A stretch of DNA of 64,000 nt from Actinomycetota bacterium (lineage in GTDB: Bacteria; Actinomycetota; Thermoleophilia; Gaiellales; Gaiellaceae): contig PMZQ01000109.1 in NCBI GenBank assembly GCA_003170155.1, positions 2,155 through 66,154 on the forward strand, given 5' to 3'. Both the position numbers and the translations under genes were made by a program. Shown one piece after another: positions 17,792 to 27,260 of the stretch. A model generated the notes under the pieces. The model did not search any database. It was not told the origin of the DNA and was given only the letters and a program-made list of their open reading frames with translations. Numbering within the stretch: the first letter of the stretch is position 1; each line of letters begins with the position of its first letter.

Positions 17792-18883
17792 CTAGCCGGG
17801 GAAGAGGCAACGAACGGTCAGGCCCTCGCCGGACGCACCGGCGGCGCTGACACTGCCGCCGGCGGAGGCCACCACGTGCTTGACGATCGCGAGGCCGAGG
17901 CCGGTACCGCGACTAGTCCGTGCTCGATCGGCGCGATAGAAGCGTTCGAAGAGACGAGGGAGATGCCGGGGGTTAACACCGACGCCGTCGTCCGCGACCG
18001 TCAGCTCGACGCCACCCTCCGGGGCGCGCTGAACCAGGAGTGTGCAGGTTGCTCCTTCGCCTGCATAGCGAATGGCGTTGGAAGTCAGGTTTCGCGCAAC
18101 CACAGCGAGCATACGCGGCCGAAGCGGCAACTCGAGCGCGGGGTCTCCCGTCACGCGCAGCGACACACCGGCGAGCTCCGCACGATCGCTCAGCTCCTGC
18201 ACGACTTCGCTCAGAACGCGCGCCGCCGTGGTCGCGCCCAGAGCCACAACCTCGCGCCCGCTCTCCAGCTCGCTCAGGAAGAGCACGTCGTTCAGGAGTT
18301 CGTTCATCTGCTCGACCTCTTGGCGAGCCCGCTCCGAGATCGAGACTGCTTCCTCTGGCCTCCGCTCGATCGTCTCGAGCAGCACGAGCAATCGTGCCAG
18401 CGGCGTGCGAAGCTCGTGCGAGACCGCGGCCGTGAAACCGACGCGGAGCTCTTCGTAGGCCGCCTGATCGACGAGCGGCGCCACGATCAGTGTCCGCCGC
18501 TCCCCTTTTTGCTCGTAGCTAACGCGGCGCGCATTTGCTAGCTCGACTACTTCGGGAATCTCTTTCCCCAGCTCGAGTGCGGGGAAAAGCTCGCGTGCGC
18601 GGCTGCTCGCGTCGACCAGCTTCTCTTCGCCGTCGAGGACGAGAGCCACCAGCTCTCCGTACTCGAGCAGCGTCCGAGCGAGATCCACCGTTTGCTCGGG
18701 CTCCTGATCGACGGCCGCGGTTTGGACTCGAGGGAATAAACGCATCGACAAGAGCGTAACCGCAGGCGTCGCTCCAGAACGGAACACGAACGTCACCACG
18801 ACGATACCCAGTAGCGATCGTGGCGGCGCTACGTTCAGGACATGACCACAAAAACAAAGAGAGAAAGCGCTATACCGCGGCAT
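17792..18883 (-). CDS. sensor histidine kinase (PhoR/SenX3-like); start uncertain
   Basis: H-box AAVSHELRTPLARL, and an HATPase region (NAIRYA...DDGVGV...GTGLGLAIV). Alternative starts at GTG 18799 or ATG 18745. Confidence 0.88.
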   Translation of the reverse strand: MPRYSAFSLCFCGHVLNVAPPRSLLGIVVVTFVFRSGATPAVTLLSMRLFPRVQTAAVDQEPEQTVDLARTLLEYGELVALVLDGEEKLVDASSRARELFPALELGKEIPEVVELANARRVSYEQKGERRTLIVAPLVDQAAYEELRVGFTAAVSHELRTPLARLLVLLETIERRPEEAVSISERARQEVEQMNELLNDVLFLSELESGREVVALGATTAARVLSEVVQELSDRAELAGVSLRVTGDPALELPLRPRMLAVVARNLTSNAIRYAGEGATCTLLVQRAPEGGVELTVADDGVGVNPRHLPRLFERFYRADRARTSRGTGLGLAIVKHVVASAGGSVSAAGASGEGLTVRCLFPG

Positions 18884-19003
18884 TTGGACGATCGCGTGTG
18901 CGCCGACTGCGGGTACGGAATCACCGTTGACAAGGCGCCCGCCCGATGCCCGATCTGCGGAGCCAATCGCTGGATCCAGTCGCCGCTCAGGAGGGTTGCA
19001 TGA
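18884..19003 (+). CDS. small zinc-ribbon (rubredoxin/rubrerythrin-like CxxC...CxxC) protein; below the ORF-track size cut-off
   Basis: Manual translation gives (M)DDRVCADCGYGITVDKAPARCPICGANRWIQSPLRRVA. An in-frame ATG at 18842 is possible, but those codons are AT3-rich. No clear SD. Confidence 0.4.
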   Translation: MDDRVCADCGYGITVDKAPARCPICGANRWIQSPLRRVA

Positions 19004-19350
19004 GGATCTGGTCGTTCCCGATCGATCGTCTTCAGATCGCTAAGGGCGTGTGGGCCTGGCGGGATGGGCCCTACGTGCGAGAGTCGTGGCTGTGGGTTCG
19101 CCCATCGAGGCGAATTCGTCCCCATCGAGCCCATCTGCCGCTCGTGCCTGGACTCCGTCCCCGAGAAGTGGGCAACCTGAGAGCCGGTCAAGAACAGAGC
19201 GCTGCCGCCGGGCGAAAAAGCCGACAGCAGCAGTAGATTCGCGCACCCTTTACACCGCAGTGGAGCCACCCCCGGCCCGTCGATAAGCTCCTCGAGGCCA
19301 CCAAGACGACCTGATGCTCCCTTCCGCTGGCCGCGGTCCGATACCGAACA

Positions 19351-19378
19351 TTCACCAGTTCGTAACCGATGTTCAACC
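19351..19378. promoter_or_regulatory. PHO-box-like array upstream of the response regulator (TTCACC, GTAACC, TCAACC at 11-bp spacing)
   Basis: TTCACC 19351-56, GTAACC 19362-67, TCAACC 19373-78, located 35-62 nt upstream of ATG 19413. Confidence 0.55.
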
Positions 19379-19412
19379 CGCAACCAGCCCGGCTCGCAGT
19401 ACCGTACGAGAC

Positions 19413-20135
19413 ATGGCCAAGGTACTAATCGTCGAGGACGATGAGCTACTGGGGCGCGGAATGGCCGACTCTCTCGCCGACGCCGGCCACGACCCGATTC
19501 TGGTGACGAAGGGCGACGTGGCGCTGGCACGGCTGCGCTACGAGACTCCCGACGTCTGCGTACTCGACCTGATGCTGCCCGAGCTGGACGGCTGGCGAAT
19601 CATCGAGCTAGCGCGGGCGGAAGGAATCGGAACCCCGATCGTCGTCGTCAGTGCCCGCGGTACCGAGCACGATCGCATTCATGCGCTCGAGATCGGAGCC
19701 GACGACTACCTTGTCAAGCCCGTCTCGATGAAGGAGCTGGTTGCCCACGTCCAGGCCGCCGCTCGCCGCGGTCACAGCGCCCTGACGCGTCAAGATGGAG
19801 AAGCGATCCAGATCGAGGAGCTTCGGATCGAGCCTCGCGACGTCCAGGCCTACGTCGACGGCTCAAGCGCCGAGCTGACTCCGACCGAGTTCAAGGTGCT
19901 GTACGCGTTGGCACTCGACGCCGGGCGCGTGATCACGCGCGACGAGCTACTGCAGAAGATCTGGGGCCGGCGCCGTTCCTACCGCGATCGCACCGTCGAC
20001 GTCTGTATCAAGCGCTTACGCGACAAGATCGACCGACGAGCCTCCGTCCACACCTTCATCCAGACACGCTTCGGCGTCGGTTACAAGCTCGCGCCGGTTT
20101 CCAAAGAGACCGGCACGCCGGACACCGAATCCTGA
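19413..20135 (+). CDS. OmpR/PhoB-family response regulator (PhoP/RegX3-like)
   Basis: ORF 19314..20135. The conserved receiver starts MAKVLIVEDDELL at ATG 19413. Contains ...VLDLMLPELDG... and a winged-helix C-terminus ...RFGVGYKL. Confidence 0.92.
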   Translation: MAKVLIVEDDELLGRGMADSLADAGHDPILVTKGDVALARLRYETPDVCVLDLMLPELDGWRIIELARAEGIGTPIVVVSARGTEHDRIHALEIGADDYLVKPVSMKELVAHVQAAARRGHSALTRQDGEAIQIEELRIEPRDVQAYVDGSSAELTPTEFKVLYALALDAGRVITRDELLQKIWGRRRSYRDRTVDVCIKRLRDKIDRRASVHTFIQTRFGVGYKLAPVSKETGTPDTES

Positions 20136-20193
20136 CGGACGCCGGCTAGAGCCGCAAGCTCAAAACGCGAAGAGTACGTCGCCTGGCGGAGCG

Positions 20194-21090
20194 TTATCGA
20201 CCCGCTCCGGCGCGATCGTTCAGTGCTTCGGCGAGAAGAGCGTGCGAGGCGGTGAGCGAGCGGCGATCGTCCATTGCCTCGAGCAGCACCGTCGCCTTCC
20301 TCATCTTGTTCAGCGCCGCTCTGTGCCGATCGGCTCCCGAGTCGAATCGCGCCTGCGCCCAGAGTGCTCGGATCGTCTGCTCCGGGTCGCCATCGGCTCG
20401 TAACCCTCGGGTTGCGCTGGCAAGCAGATCGTTGGCTTCGGTGTCTCGCCCCAGATCGATCAGCGTGAGACCGAGAGCCAGTTCGAGGCGCGCGCGCAGC
20501 GAGGCACTCCCCGGCGCTTCATTCTCCAGTCGCTCGATCGCGTCGCACAGGAAGGACTCTGCGCGACCGGGAAGCCCCAGTTCGTTATGGCAGAAGGCGG
20601 TGTCCGTATAGAGCTGCGGATGGCTCGCGGGTGAGACCTTGTCCGAGACCAGCGCCTGCTCGAAACACCGGAGTGCTTGCTCGTGATCGCCACGCGCGAG
20701 TGCCAGATCGCCGAGACTGATCATCGTTCTCGTCAGTCCCGGCGTATCGCCGTCTCTGGACGCCTCTTCCGCGGCTTCCGAAAGGGTCCGCTCCGCTTCC
20801 GTAGCGTCTCCTCCAAAACGAAGCGCGAGCTCGCAGTTCAAGACCCGCAGCTCACGCTCCTCGGCGACGTCCACGTCCAGTCCCCGCTCCAGATAATCGG
20901 GGCTGACTCCGAGCTTGGCGGCCAGCTTGCGGATCGCCTTGACCGATGGTGTCCTGAGGTCGGCCTCGATCCGCGACACGTACGCGTGCGAAACGCCCGG
21001 CCCTGTCAGCTCACGCTGCGCCAAGCCTCGCTCTCTGCGGAGACGCCGCAGTCGTCGCCCAATCGTCTCGTTTGCCGCCTCGGGAATCAC
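20194..21090 (-). CDS. XRE-family HTH regulator with C-terminal TPR-like repeats
   Basis: N-terminus IGRRLRRLRRERGLAQRELTGPGVSHAYVSRIEADLRTPSVKAIRKLAAKLGVSPDYL, then an Ala/Leu-rich helical repeat region. GTG start. Confidence 0.85.
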   Translation of the reverse strand: MIPEAANETIGRRLRRLRRERGLAQRELTGPGVSHAYVSRIEADLRTPSVKAIRKLAAKLGVSPDYLERGLDVDVAEERELRVLNCELALRFGGDATEAERTLSEAAEEASRDGDTPGLTRTMISLGDLALARGDHEQALRCFEQALVSDKVSPASHPQLYTDTAFCHNELGLPGRAESFLCDAIERLENEAPGSASLRARLELALGLTLIDLGRDTEANDLLASATRGLRADGDPEQTIRALWAQARFDSGADRHRAALNKMRKATVLLEAMDDRRSLTASHALLAEALNDRAGAGR

Positions 21091-21414
21091 AGTAGTAGTC
21101 GATTTACCAGAAGATGGATCCTCTCGTCAAACTTCACCCGCCTTGTCTTTGCGCAATAGGCGACAGTGGCGCTTACCTAGGCTCACTAGGTTTTGTCTTA
21201 AGGTATCGTGGCGCTTCTCGAGCTCCTCTGGCGCCGCCGCTCGGAAGAAACACCCTGGTAATCGCGATATCGTTGTGTGCGCGCCGTTTTCCACCGCCTG
21301 TAGAAAGTCGGACCCCGAGCTGGGTAAGAAACTGTTAATTCTGTGGAATACACCCGTACGGCTGTTCGGAGAAAGGCCCTCCGAGCCACCGAATCCGGTA
21401 ACCGGGACGGGCTC

Positions 21415-22356
21415 TTAAGAGCTCACGACGCCGATTGAGCGGAAACGAGCGCGGCGGCGGCGGCGGAGCTCCCCCGCATCCACCTGCCCCAGCTCTTCGA
21501 GCGCCGAGCGCACGGATTGCCCGAGCATGATCGCAGCGGCGTCGAAGTCGGTGTGAGCACCGCCCTCCGGCTCAGGGATAATCCCGTCGATCACACCCAG
21601 TTCCAGGCAGTGAGCGGCGTCGGGCTTGAAGGCGGCGGCGGCCTTGCGCGCTTGACCGGCGTCGCGCCAGAGAATCGTCGCGCAGCCCTCGGGCGAGATC
21701 ACCGAATAGATCGCGTGTTGCTGCATCAGCACGCGGTCGGCGAGAGCGAAGGCGACGGCACCTCCGGATCCACCTTCGCCAATCACGCAGGCCACGGTCG
21801 GCACCAGCAAGCGAGCCATGGTCGCTTGTGAGGCAGCGAGCGCGCCACCCTGACCATGCTGCTCGGCCGCCACGCCCGGGTAGGCGCCGGGGGTGTCCAC
21901 GAGGGTGATCACCGGAAAGCCGTGACGGTCGGCGATCGCCATCACTCGCATCGCCTTGCGATAGCCCTCCGGGTTCGCCATGCCGAAATTGCGCTTCACT
22001 CTCTTCACGGCGTCGCCGCGACCCTTCTGGTGACCGATCACAGCCACGGTGCGACCGGCGAAGCTGCCGAGGCCCGACACGATCGCGGGATCGTCCATAC
22101 GCGCGCGATCGCCGTGCAACTCGAACCAGTCTGAGATCAACCGCTCGATGTAGTCGAGCGTGTAAGGGCGCTCCGGATGGCGGGCGAGCTCGACCGAATT
22201 CCAGATCTCGTCTTCGCTGCGTTCGTCGCCGGTCTCCATTACCTCGATCTGCTGCTCGATGCGCCGGACTTCGTCCGACACGCTGGAGCCGGGAAGGTGC
22301 AACCCCCTCAGCTTGGCGAGGCGATCGCGGAGTCTGAGCTCGAGCTCACCGGCCAT
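21415..22356 (-). CDS. accA: acetyl-CoA carboxylase carboxyltransferase alpha subunit
   Basis: ORF 21415..22464. The conserved protein starts MAGELELRLRDRLAKLR at ATG 22356 and overlaps the accD stop by 11 nt. Confidence 0.92.
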   Translation of the reverse strand: MAGELELRLRDRLAKLRGLHLPGSSVSDEVRRIEQQIEVMETGDERSEDEIWNSVELARHPERPYTLDYIERLISDWFELHGDRARMDDPAIVSGLGSFAGRTVAVIGHQKGRGDAVKRVKRNFGMANPEGYRKAMRVMAIADRHGFPVITLVDTPGAYPGVAAEQHGQGGALAASQATMARLLVPTVACVIGEGGSGGAVAFALADRVLMQQHAIYSVISPEGCATILWRDAGQARKAAAAFKPDAAHCLELGVIDGIIPEPEGGAHTDFDAAAIMLGQSVRSALEELGQVDAGELRRRRRARFRSIGVVSS

Positions 22357-23194
22357 GGTTGAAGAGGCGTAGAAGCTTTCCGAGCACGGCCCTGAGCTCC
22401 TGGCGTTGGACGATCGCGTCCAGATGACCGAAGCGATAGTTCGCCTCGGCACGGCCGAAGTCATCGGGGAGATCCTCGCGAACGGTCTGTTGAACGACGC
22501 GCGGGCCTGTGAAGCACATCAGCGTGCCCGGCTCGGCGATCGTCACGTCCCCGAGAGTCGCAAAGCTGGCCAGGAGCCCGGCCGTCGTGGGATGCGTGAG
22601 CACGTTGATGAAAGGAACGCGGGCGTCGTGCATGTTCTCGACCGCGCAGACCGTCTTGGGTACTTGCATGAGCGAGAAGATCCCCTCCTGCATGCGTGCG
22701 CCGCCCGAGGCATTCACCGACACGAGCGGGACGTTACGCTCGATCGCCCGCTCACAGGCGCGCGCGAACTTCTCGCCGACGACACTTCCCATCGAGCCGC
22801 CCATGAAGGAGAAGTCCATCACGGTCAGCTGGCAGTCTTGGTCTTCAATCTTCGCCTGGCCCATCAGGAGCGCGTCACCGAGACCGGTCTTGAGCTCGGC
22901 TTCGGCGATTCTCTCCTTGTAGGAGCGGAGATCGAAGAAACTCAGCGGGTCGGCGGAGCGTAACTCCTTCGCCTCCTCGATGAAGCTGTCGGAATCGAGA
23001 AGCTGTTGGATCCGCTCGAGTGCGCCGACCGGGAAGTGATAGCCGCACTGCGCGCAGACGCGCAGGTTCGAAATCAGCTCGTCTTCACGGTAGTGAGAGC
23101 TGCACTTGGGGCAGGTGTTGGGGTGCTTCTTCGAGCCGCTGGGATCCGGCGGCGCGTGCTTGTGTTCGATCGAGACGTCTATACGACTGGCCAT
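22346..23194 (-). CDS. accD: acetyl-CoA carboxylase carboxyltransferase beta subunit
   Basis: N-terminal Zn finger CPKCSSH...CAQCGYH, and carboxyltransferase motifs MGGSMGSVVGEK. Confidence 0.93.
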   Translation of the reverse strand: MASRIDVSIEHKHAPPDPSGSKKHPNTCPKCSSHYREDELISNLRVCAQCGYHFPVGALERIQQLLDSDSFIEEAKELRSADPLSFFDLRSYKERIAEAELKTGLGDALLMGQAKIEDQDCQLTVMDFSFMGGSMGSVVGEKFARACERAIERNVPLVSVNASGGARMQEGIFSLMQVPKTVCAVENMHDARVPFINVLTHPTTAGLLASFATLGDVTIAEPGTLMCFTGPRVVQQTVREDLPDDFGRAEANYRFGHLDAIVQRQELRAVLGKLLRLFNHGR

Positions 23195-23317
23195 AGAGCC
23201 TGGGAAGTTTAGCCCGCGGAGTTAGACAAGGCCGCGCCGGCAACGGTTGCAACCGGCGATATCCGCCGCCGGGGCGCGGTTGCGCGGGTCAGATGTCGCG
23301 CGGGAATCGTCTCCGTT

Positions 23318-24568
23318 TCAATCCTCGAAACGTCGCAGCACGATCGAGGCGTTGTGCCCGCCGAACCCGAACGAGTTCGAGACTGCGACTCGTACGTCGG
23401 CTTTGCGCGCCTGGTTGGGTATGTAATCGAGGTCGCACTCCGGGTCGGGGTTCTCCTGGTTGATCGTGGGCGGAAGCATGCCGTCCCTGATTGCCAGAAC
23501 CGAGAAAATCGCCTCGACCGCGCCGGCGCCGCCAAGACAATGACCGGTCGCGCCCTTCGTCGAAGAGATCGGCGTCTTGTAGGCCGCCTCCTCTCCGAGA
23601 GCGTTCTTGATCACCTTCGTCTCGCTCAAGTCTCCGAGCGGCGTCGAGGTTCCGTGCGCGTTGATGTAATCGATCTCGGACGGCTCGATTCCGGCGTCGG
23701 CGAAGGCCATCTTCATGGCCCGAGCCGGGTTCTCGCCGGTGGAGTCGGGCTCGGTGATGTGAAGTGCGTCCGACGACACTCCGTAGCCCCGCACTTCCGC
23801 GTAGATCTTGGCGCCACGCGCCTTCGCGTGCTCCAAATCCTCGAGCACGAGAACGGCTGCGCCCTCACCCATCACAAAGCCGTCGCGGTCGCGGTCGAAG
23901 GGGCGGCTGGCGCGCTTCGGATCCTCGACCCGCCGCGATAGCGCCCGCATGGCCGCGAAGCCCGCGATCCCCACGGGCGTGATGCCGGCCTCGCTGCCGC
24001 CCGCGATCATCACGTCCGCTCGGCCGAGCCGGATCGCATCGGTGGCGTCGCCGATCGCCATATTCGAGGCGGCGCAGGCGGAGCACTCCGCCAGCAGCGG
24101 CCCGCGCGTGCCCAGCTCCATCGAAACCCAGGCCGCGCCCATGTTCGGGATGATCGAGGGGATCGAGAACGGGCTGATCCGGTCGGCACCGCGGTTGAAA
24201 AGCGTCAGCGTGCAATCCTGGAACGATTGGAGCCCGCCGACGCCGGTCGCGATCGCCGCGCCGATTCGGTCGCGCTCCTTGGCGATGTCGATACCACTGT
24301 CTCCCTCGGCTTGCCGTGCCGCCGCGAGAACCATCAGCGCGAATCGATCCATGCGCCGGGTCTGCTTGCGGTCGATCCACAGGGTGGGATCGAAATCCTT
24401 AAGCTCACAAGCGAAGTCGACCGCGTAGCCGCTGGTGTCAAAAAGCGTGATCGGGCCAGCCCCAGACTCACCGGCGAGCAGGTTGCTCCAGGCGGTCTCG
24501 AGGTCGTTCCCGAGCGAGTTGACCAGGCCGAGCCCGGTGATGACGACCCTCTTTCGTCCGTTCTGCAT
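23318..24568 (-). CDS. fabF: beta-ketoacyl-ACP synthase II
   Basis: 416-aa ORF, RVVITGLG...ACAAS...HGTSTPLGD...GHCLGGAGAVE (Cys-His-His triad context). Confidence 0.95.
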   Translation of the reverse strand: MQNGRKRVVITGLGLVNSLGNDLETAWSNLLAGESGAGPITLFDTSGYAVDFACELKDFDPTLWIDRKQTRRMDRFALMVLAAARQAEGDSGIDIAKERDRIGAAIATGVGGLQSFQDCTLTLFNRGADRISPFSIPSIIPNMGAAWVSMELGTRGPLLAECSACAASNMAIGDATDAIRLGRADVMIAGGSEAGITPVGIAGFAAMRALSRRVEDPKRASRPFDRDRDGFVMGEGAAVLVLEDLEHAKARGAKIYAEVRGYGVSSDALHITEPDSTGENPARAMKMAFADAGIEPSEIDYINAHGTSTPLGDLSETKVIKNALGEEAAYKTPISSTKGATGHCLGGAGAVEAIFSVLAIRDGMLPPTINQENPDPECDLDYIPNQARKADVRVAVSNSFGFGGHNASIVLRRFED

Positions 24569-24570
24569 CT

Positions 24571-25302
24571 CTACATCGCCATCCCACCGTCGACTACGAG
24601 TACCTCTCCTGTGACGAATGCCGCCGCGTCCGAGCAGAGAAAGCGCACCGCTCGGGCCACGTCCTCGGGCTGACCGAAGCGGCCGAGCGAGGTGGCCTTG
24701 AGCATCGTCTGCTTGACTTCGTCGGGCAGAACATCGGTGAGGCGAGTCTCGATGTATCCGGGCGCTATCGCGTTGACCCGTACGCCGCGAGTGCCGGCCT
24801 CACGCGCCAGCGACTTGGTGAAGCCGACGATGCCCGCTTTCGAAGCAGCGTAGTTGGTCTGACCGAAGTTACCGTGCAAGCCGACGACGCTCGAGAGATT
24901 GACGATCGAGCCGGACCGGCGCTTCATCATGCCCCGGATCGCCGCGTGGCACATCAGGAACACGCTGGTGAGGTTGATGTCGATCACCGCCCGCCAGTCT
25001 TCCTCCGACATCCGAGCCAGCAGACCGTCGCGAGTGATGCCCGCGTTGTTGATCAGGAAATCGATCTCGCCGGCGTCGGCGATCAGCTTCTCTACGTCGT
25101 CCGCCTTGGTGACGTCGGCATATAGAGCTCGCCCGCCAACCTCACGCGCGACGTCTTCGGTCTCGCCCGTACCGGGCAGGTCGCAGCAGAGAACCTCGGC
25201 ACCGGCCGAGGCCAGCTCGTTGGCGATAGCGCGACCGATGCCGCGCGCAGCGCCGGTAACAAGAGCGCGCTTTCCCTCCAGAGAACCGAAGCCGTCAGAC
25301 AA
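24571..25302 (-). CDS. fabG: 3-oxoacyl-ACP reductase
   Basis: SDR protein with TGAARGIG and YAASKAG. TTG start overlaps the fabD end. Confidence 0.92.
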   Translation of the reverse strand: MSDGFGSLEGKRALVTGAARGIGRAIANELASAGAEVLCCDLPGTGETEDVAREVGGRALYADVTKADDVEKLIADAGEIDFLINNAGITRDGLLARMSEEDWRAVIDINLTSVFLMCHAAIRGMMKRRSGSIVNLSSVVGLHGNFGQTNYAASKAGIVGFTKSLAREAGTRGVRVNAIAPGYIETRLTDVLPDEVKQTMLKATSLGRFGQPEDVARAVRFLCSDAAAFVTGEVLVVDGGMAM

Positions 25303-26251
25303 CCGTCAGCACCTCCTCTGCCTTCTTGAGCGAAGCCAGGTTGTTGACCGAGATCGTCTCGACGCTGCGGTCGATCCGCTTGACCAATCCCGATAGAACG
25401 TTGCCGGGGCCGATCTCGACGAAGGTGCGCACACCGTCTGCAATCAGTCCTCTCGTCGCCTGGGTGAAGCGCACCGGTGCCGTGAGCTGGTCGACAAGCA
25501 GCGAGGAGAGCTTCTGGCGGCTCTCGAGGCAGGCGGTGACGGTGGACATGAACGGGATCTGGAGCTCTCCGAAGCGTACCTTCGCGAGCGCCGGGCGGAA
25601 GCGCTCGGCTGCTCGGGCCACAAGCGGGCTGTGGAATGCGCCCGAGATCGGCAGCTTCACCGTCCGTCGCGCACCTTCACGCTCGGCCTCCTCGCAGCAC
25701 TCCTCAACCGCTTCGGTCTGGCCGGAGATGACGATCTGACCGGGGCAGTTGTAGTTCGCCGGCCAGACGCAGTGGATCTCTCGGCAGAGCTTCTCGACGA
25801 CCTCGTCTTCGAGCCCGAGGATCGCCGCCATCGCACCGGGGTTCTCCTTCGCAACCTCGGCCATCGCCAGCCCGCGCTCACGCACCAGCGCGATCGCGTC
25901 CTCGGCCTCGATGGCCTTTCCGGCCGACAGGGCGGCGAACTCGCCGACCGAGTGCCCGACGACATAGTCCGGCATGAAGCCGAGCGATTCAATCGCGGCC
26001 AGAATCGCCAGGCTGGTTGCGAGCAGAGCCGGCTGCTGGATCGACGTGTCGACCATGTCTTCAACCGGGCTCGAGAAGCAGAGCGTGCGCAGGTCGAGAC
26101 CACAAGACTCGCTTCCGCGCTCAAATACCGCCATCGCCTCGGGAACCGCCTCGGCGATCTCGCGACCCATCCCGGCCTCGAGCGATCCCTGCCCGGGGAA
26201 GCAGAAGGCGACCTTCCCTCTTGTTTGGCCCTCTACACCGTCAGCGTTCAT
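25295..26251 (-). CDS. fabD: malonyl-CoA-ACP transacylase
   Basis: FPGQGS and GHSVGE motifs. Confidence 0.93.
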   Translation of the reverse strand: MNADGVEGQTRGKVAFCFPGQGSLEAGMGREIAEAVPEAMAVFERGSESCGLDLRTLCFSSPVEDMVDTSIQQPALLATSLAILAAIESLGFMPDYVVGHSVGEFAALSAGKAIEAEDAIALVRERGLAMAEVAKENPGAMAAILGLEDEVVEKLCREIHCVWPANYNCPGQIVISGQTEAVEECCEEAEREGARRTVKLPISGAFHSPLVARAAERFRPALAKVRFGELQIPFMSTVTACLESRQKLSSLLVDQLTAPVRFTQATRGLIADGVRTFVEIGPGNVLSGLVKRIDRSVETISVNNLASLKKAEEVLTVV

Positions 26252-27260
26252 CTTCTCTCCCTTCCGTCCACGTAATCACGCTCGACCCCCAGGTCAACCC
26301 CGAGCCCATCCCGGTCATGAGCACGAGCATTCCGTCTTTTAGACGTCCTTCTGCTCGCGCATCCTCAAGTGCAAGAGGGATCGAGGCCGACGAGGTGTTG
26401 CCGTAGCGATCGACGTTGACGAAAACCCGCTCCTCTTCGATTTTCAGTTTCTTGGCAGCGCGCTCGATGATACGAAGGTTTGCCTGGTGCGGGACGTAGA
26501 GGTCGATGTCTCCGACGCTTTTCCCCGAGATATCGAGCACCGCCCGAGCCGAGCTCAGTAGCACTCTGGTTGCGAATTTGTACACCTCGCGGCCGTTCAT
26601 CCGCATGAAATGCTCTCCCGCCGCGACCGTTTCGGCGCTCGACGGCCGGCGCGAGCCGCCGGATGGCATGTAGAGCTCCAATCCTCCGGCTCCGTCCGCG
26701 CCCAGCTCGAAAGCATGGAAGCCGCGCCTCTCGATCGGCTCCAAGACGACTGCCCCGGCGCCGTCGCCAAAGAGAACGCAGGTGGCGCGATCGCTCCAAT
26801 CCACTATCCGCGAGAGCGTGTCGGCACCGATCACTAGTACTCGTGCCGCAAGTCCGGCGGCGATCGCCGCGTACCCCTGCGCGAGCCCGTAGACGAAGCC
26901 CGTGCATCCCGCCGAGAGATCGTAGGCCGCAGCGCGGCGAGCACCGAGGCGATCGGCAACCAGAGCAGCCGTCGAGGGGAAGAGCATGTCTGGCGTGATC
27001 GTCGCCACGATCACGAGATCGAGGTCTATCGCCTGGACGCCTGCATCGCGAAGTGCCGCCTCGGCCGCGGGCAGGCAAAGATCGGAGGTTGCCTGTTCGG
27101 GTGCGGCGATCCGGCGCTCTCTGATTCCCGTGCGCGTCTGGATCCACTCGTCGCTCGTATCGACCATCCGAGCGAGGTCGTCGTTCGAGAGCACGCGCTC
27201 GGGTGCGTAACAACCGAGCCCGGTGATCGAGACAGGTCTTCCCGTGCAGGCGCCTATCAC
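26241..27260 (-). CDS. fabH: beta-ketoacyl-ACP synthase III
   Basis: ORF 26241..27557. The conserved part starts at GTG 27260 (VIGACTGRPVSITGLGCYAPERVL...), forming a GTGA overlap with the fabZ stop. The first 99 codons of the ORF are an Arg-rich overlap with fabZ. Confidence 0.92.
   Translation of the reverse strand: MIGACTGRPVSITGLGCYAPERVLSNDDLARMVDTSDEWIQTRTGIRERRIAAPEQATSDLCLPAAEAALRDAGVQAIDLDLVIVATITPDMLFPSTAALVADRLGARRAAAYDLSAGCTGFVYGLAQGYAAIAAGLAARVLVIGADTLSRIVDWSDRATCVLFGDGAGAVVLEPIERRGFHAFELGADGAGGLELYMPSGGSRRPSSAETVAAGEHFMRMNGREVYKFATRVLLSSARAVLDISGKSVGDIDLYVPHQANLRIIERAAKKLKIEEERVFVNVDRYGNTSSASIPLALEDARAEGRLKDGMLVLMTGMGSGLTWGSSVITWTEGREDER

Noticed and set aside
21342-21350. Isolated DnaA-box-like TGTGGAATA (TATTCCACA on the minus strand) downstream of accA.
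   Set aside because: It is a single 7/9 match with no neighbouring boxes, which is expected by chance.
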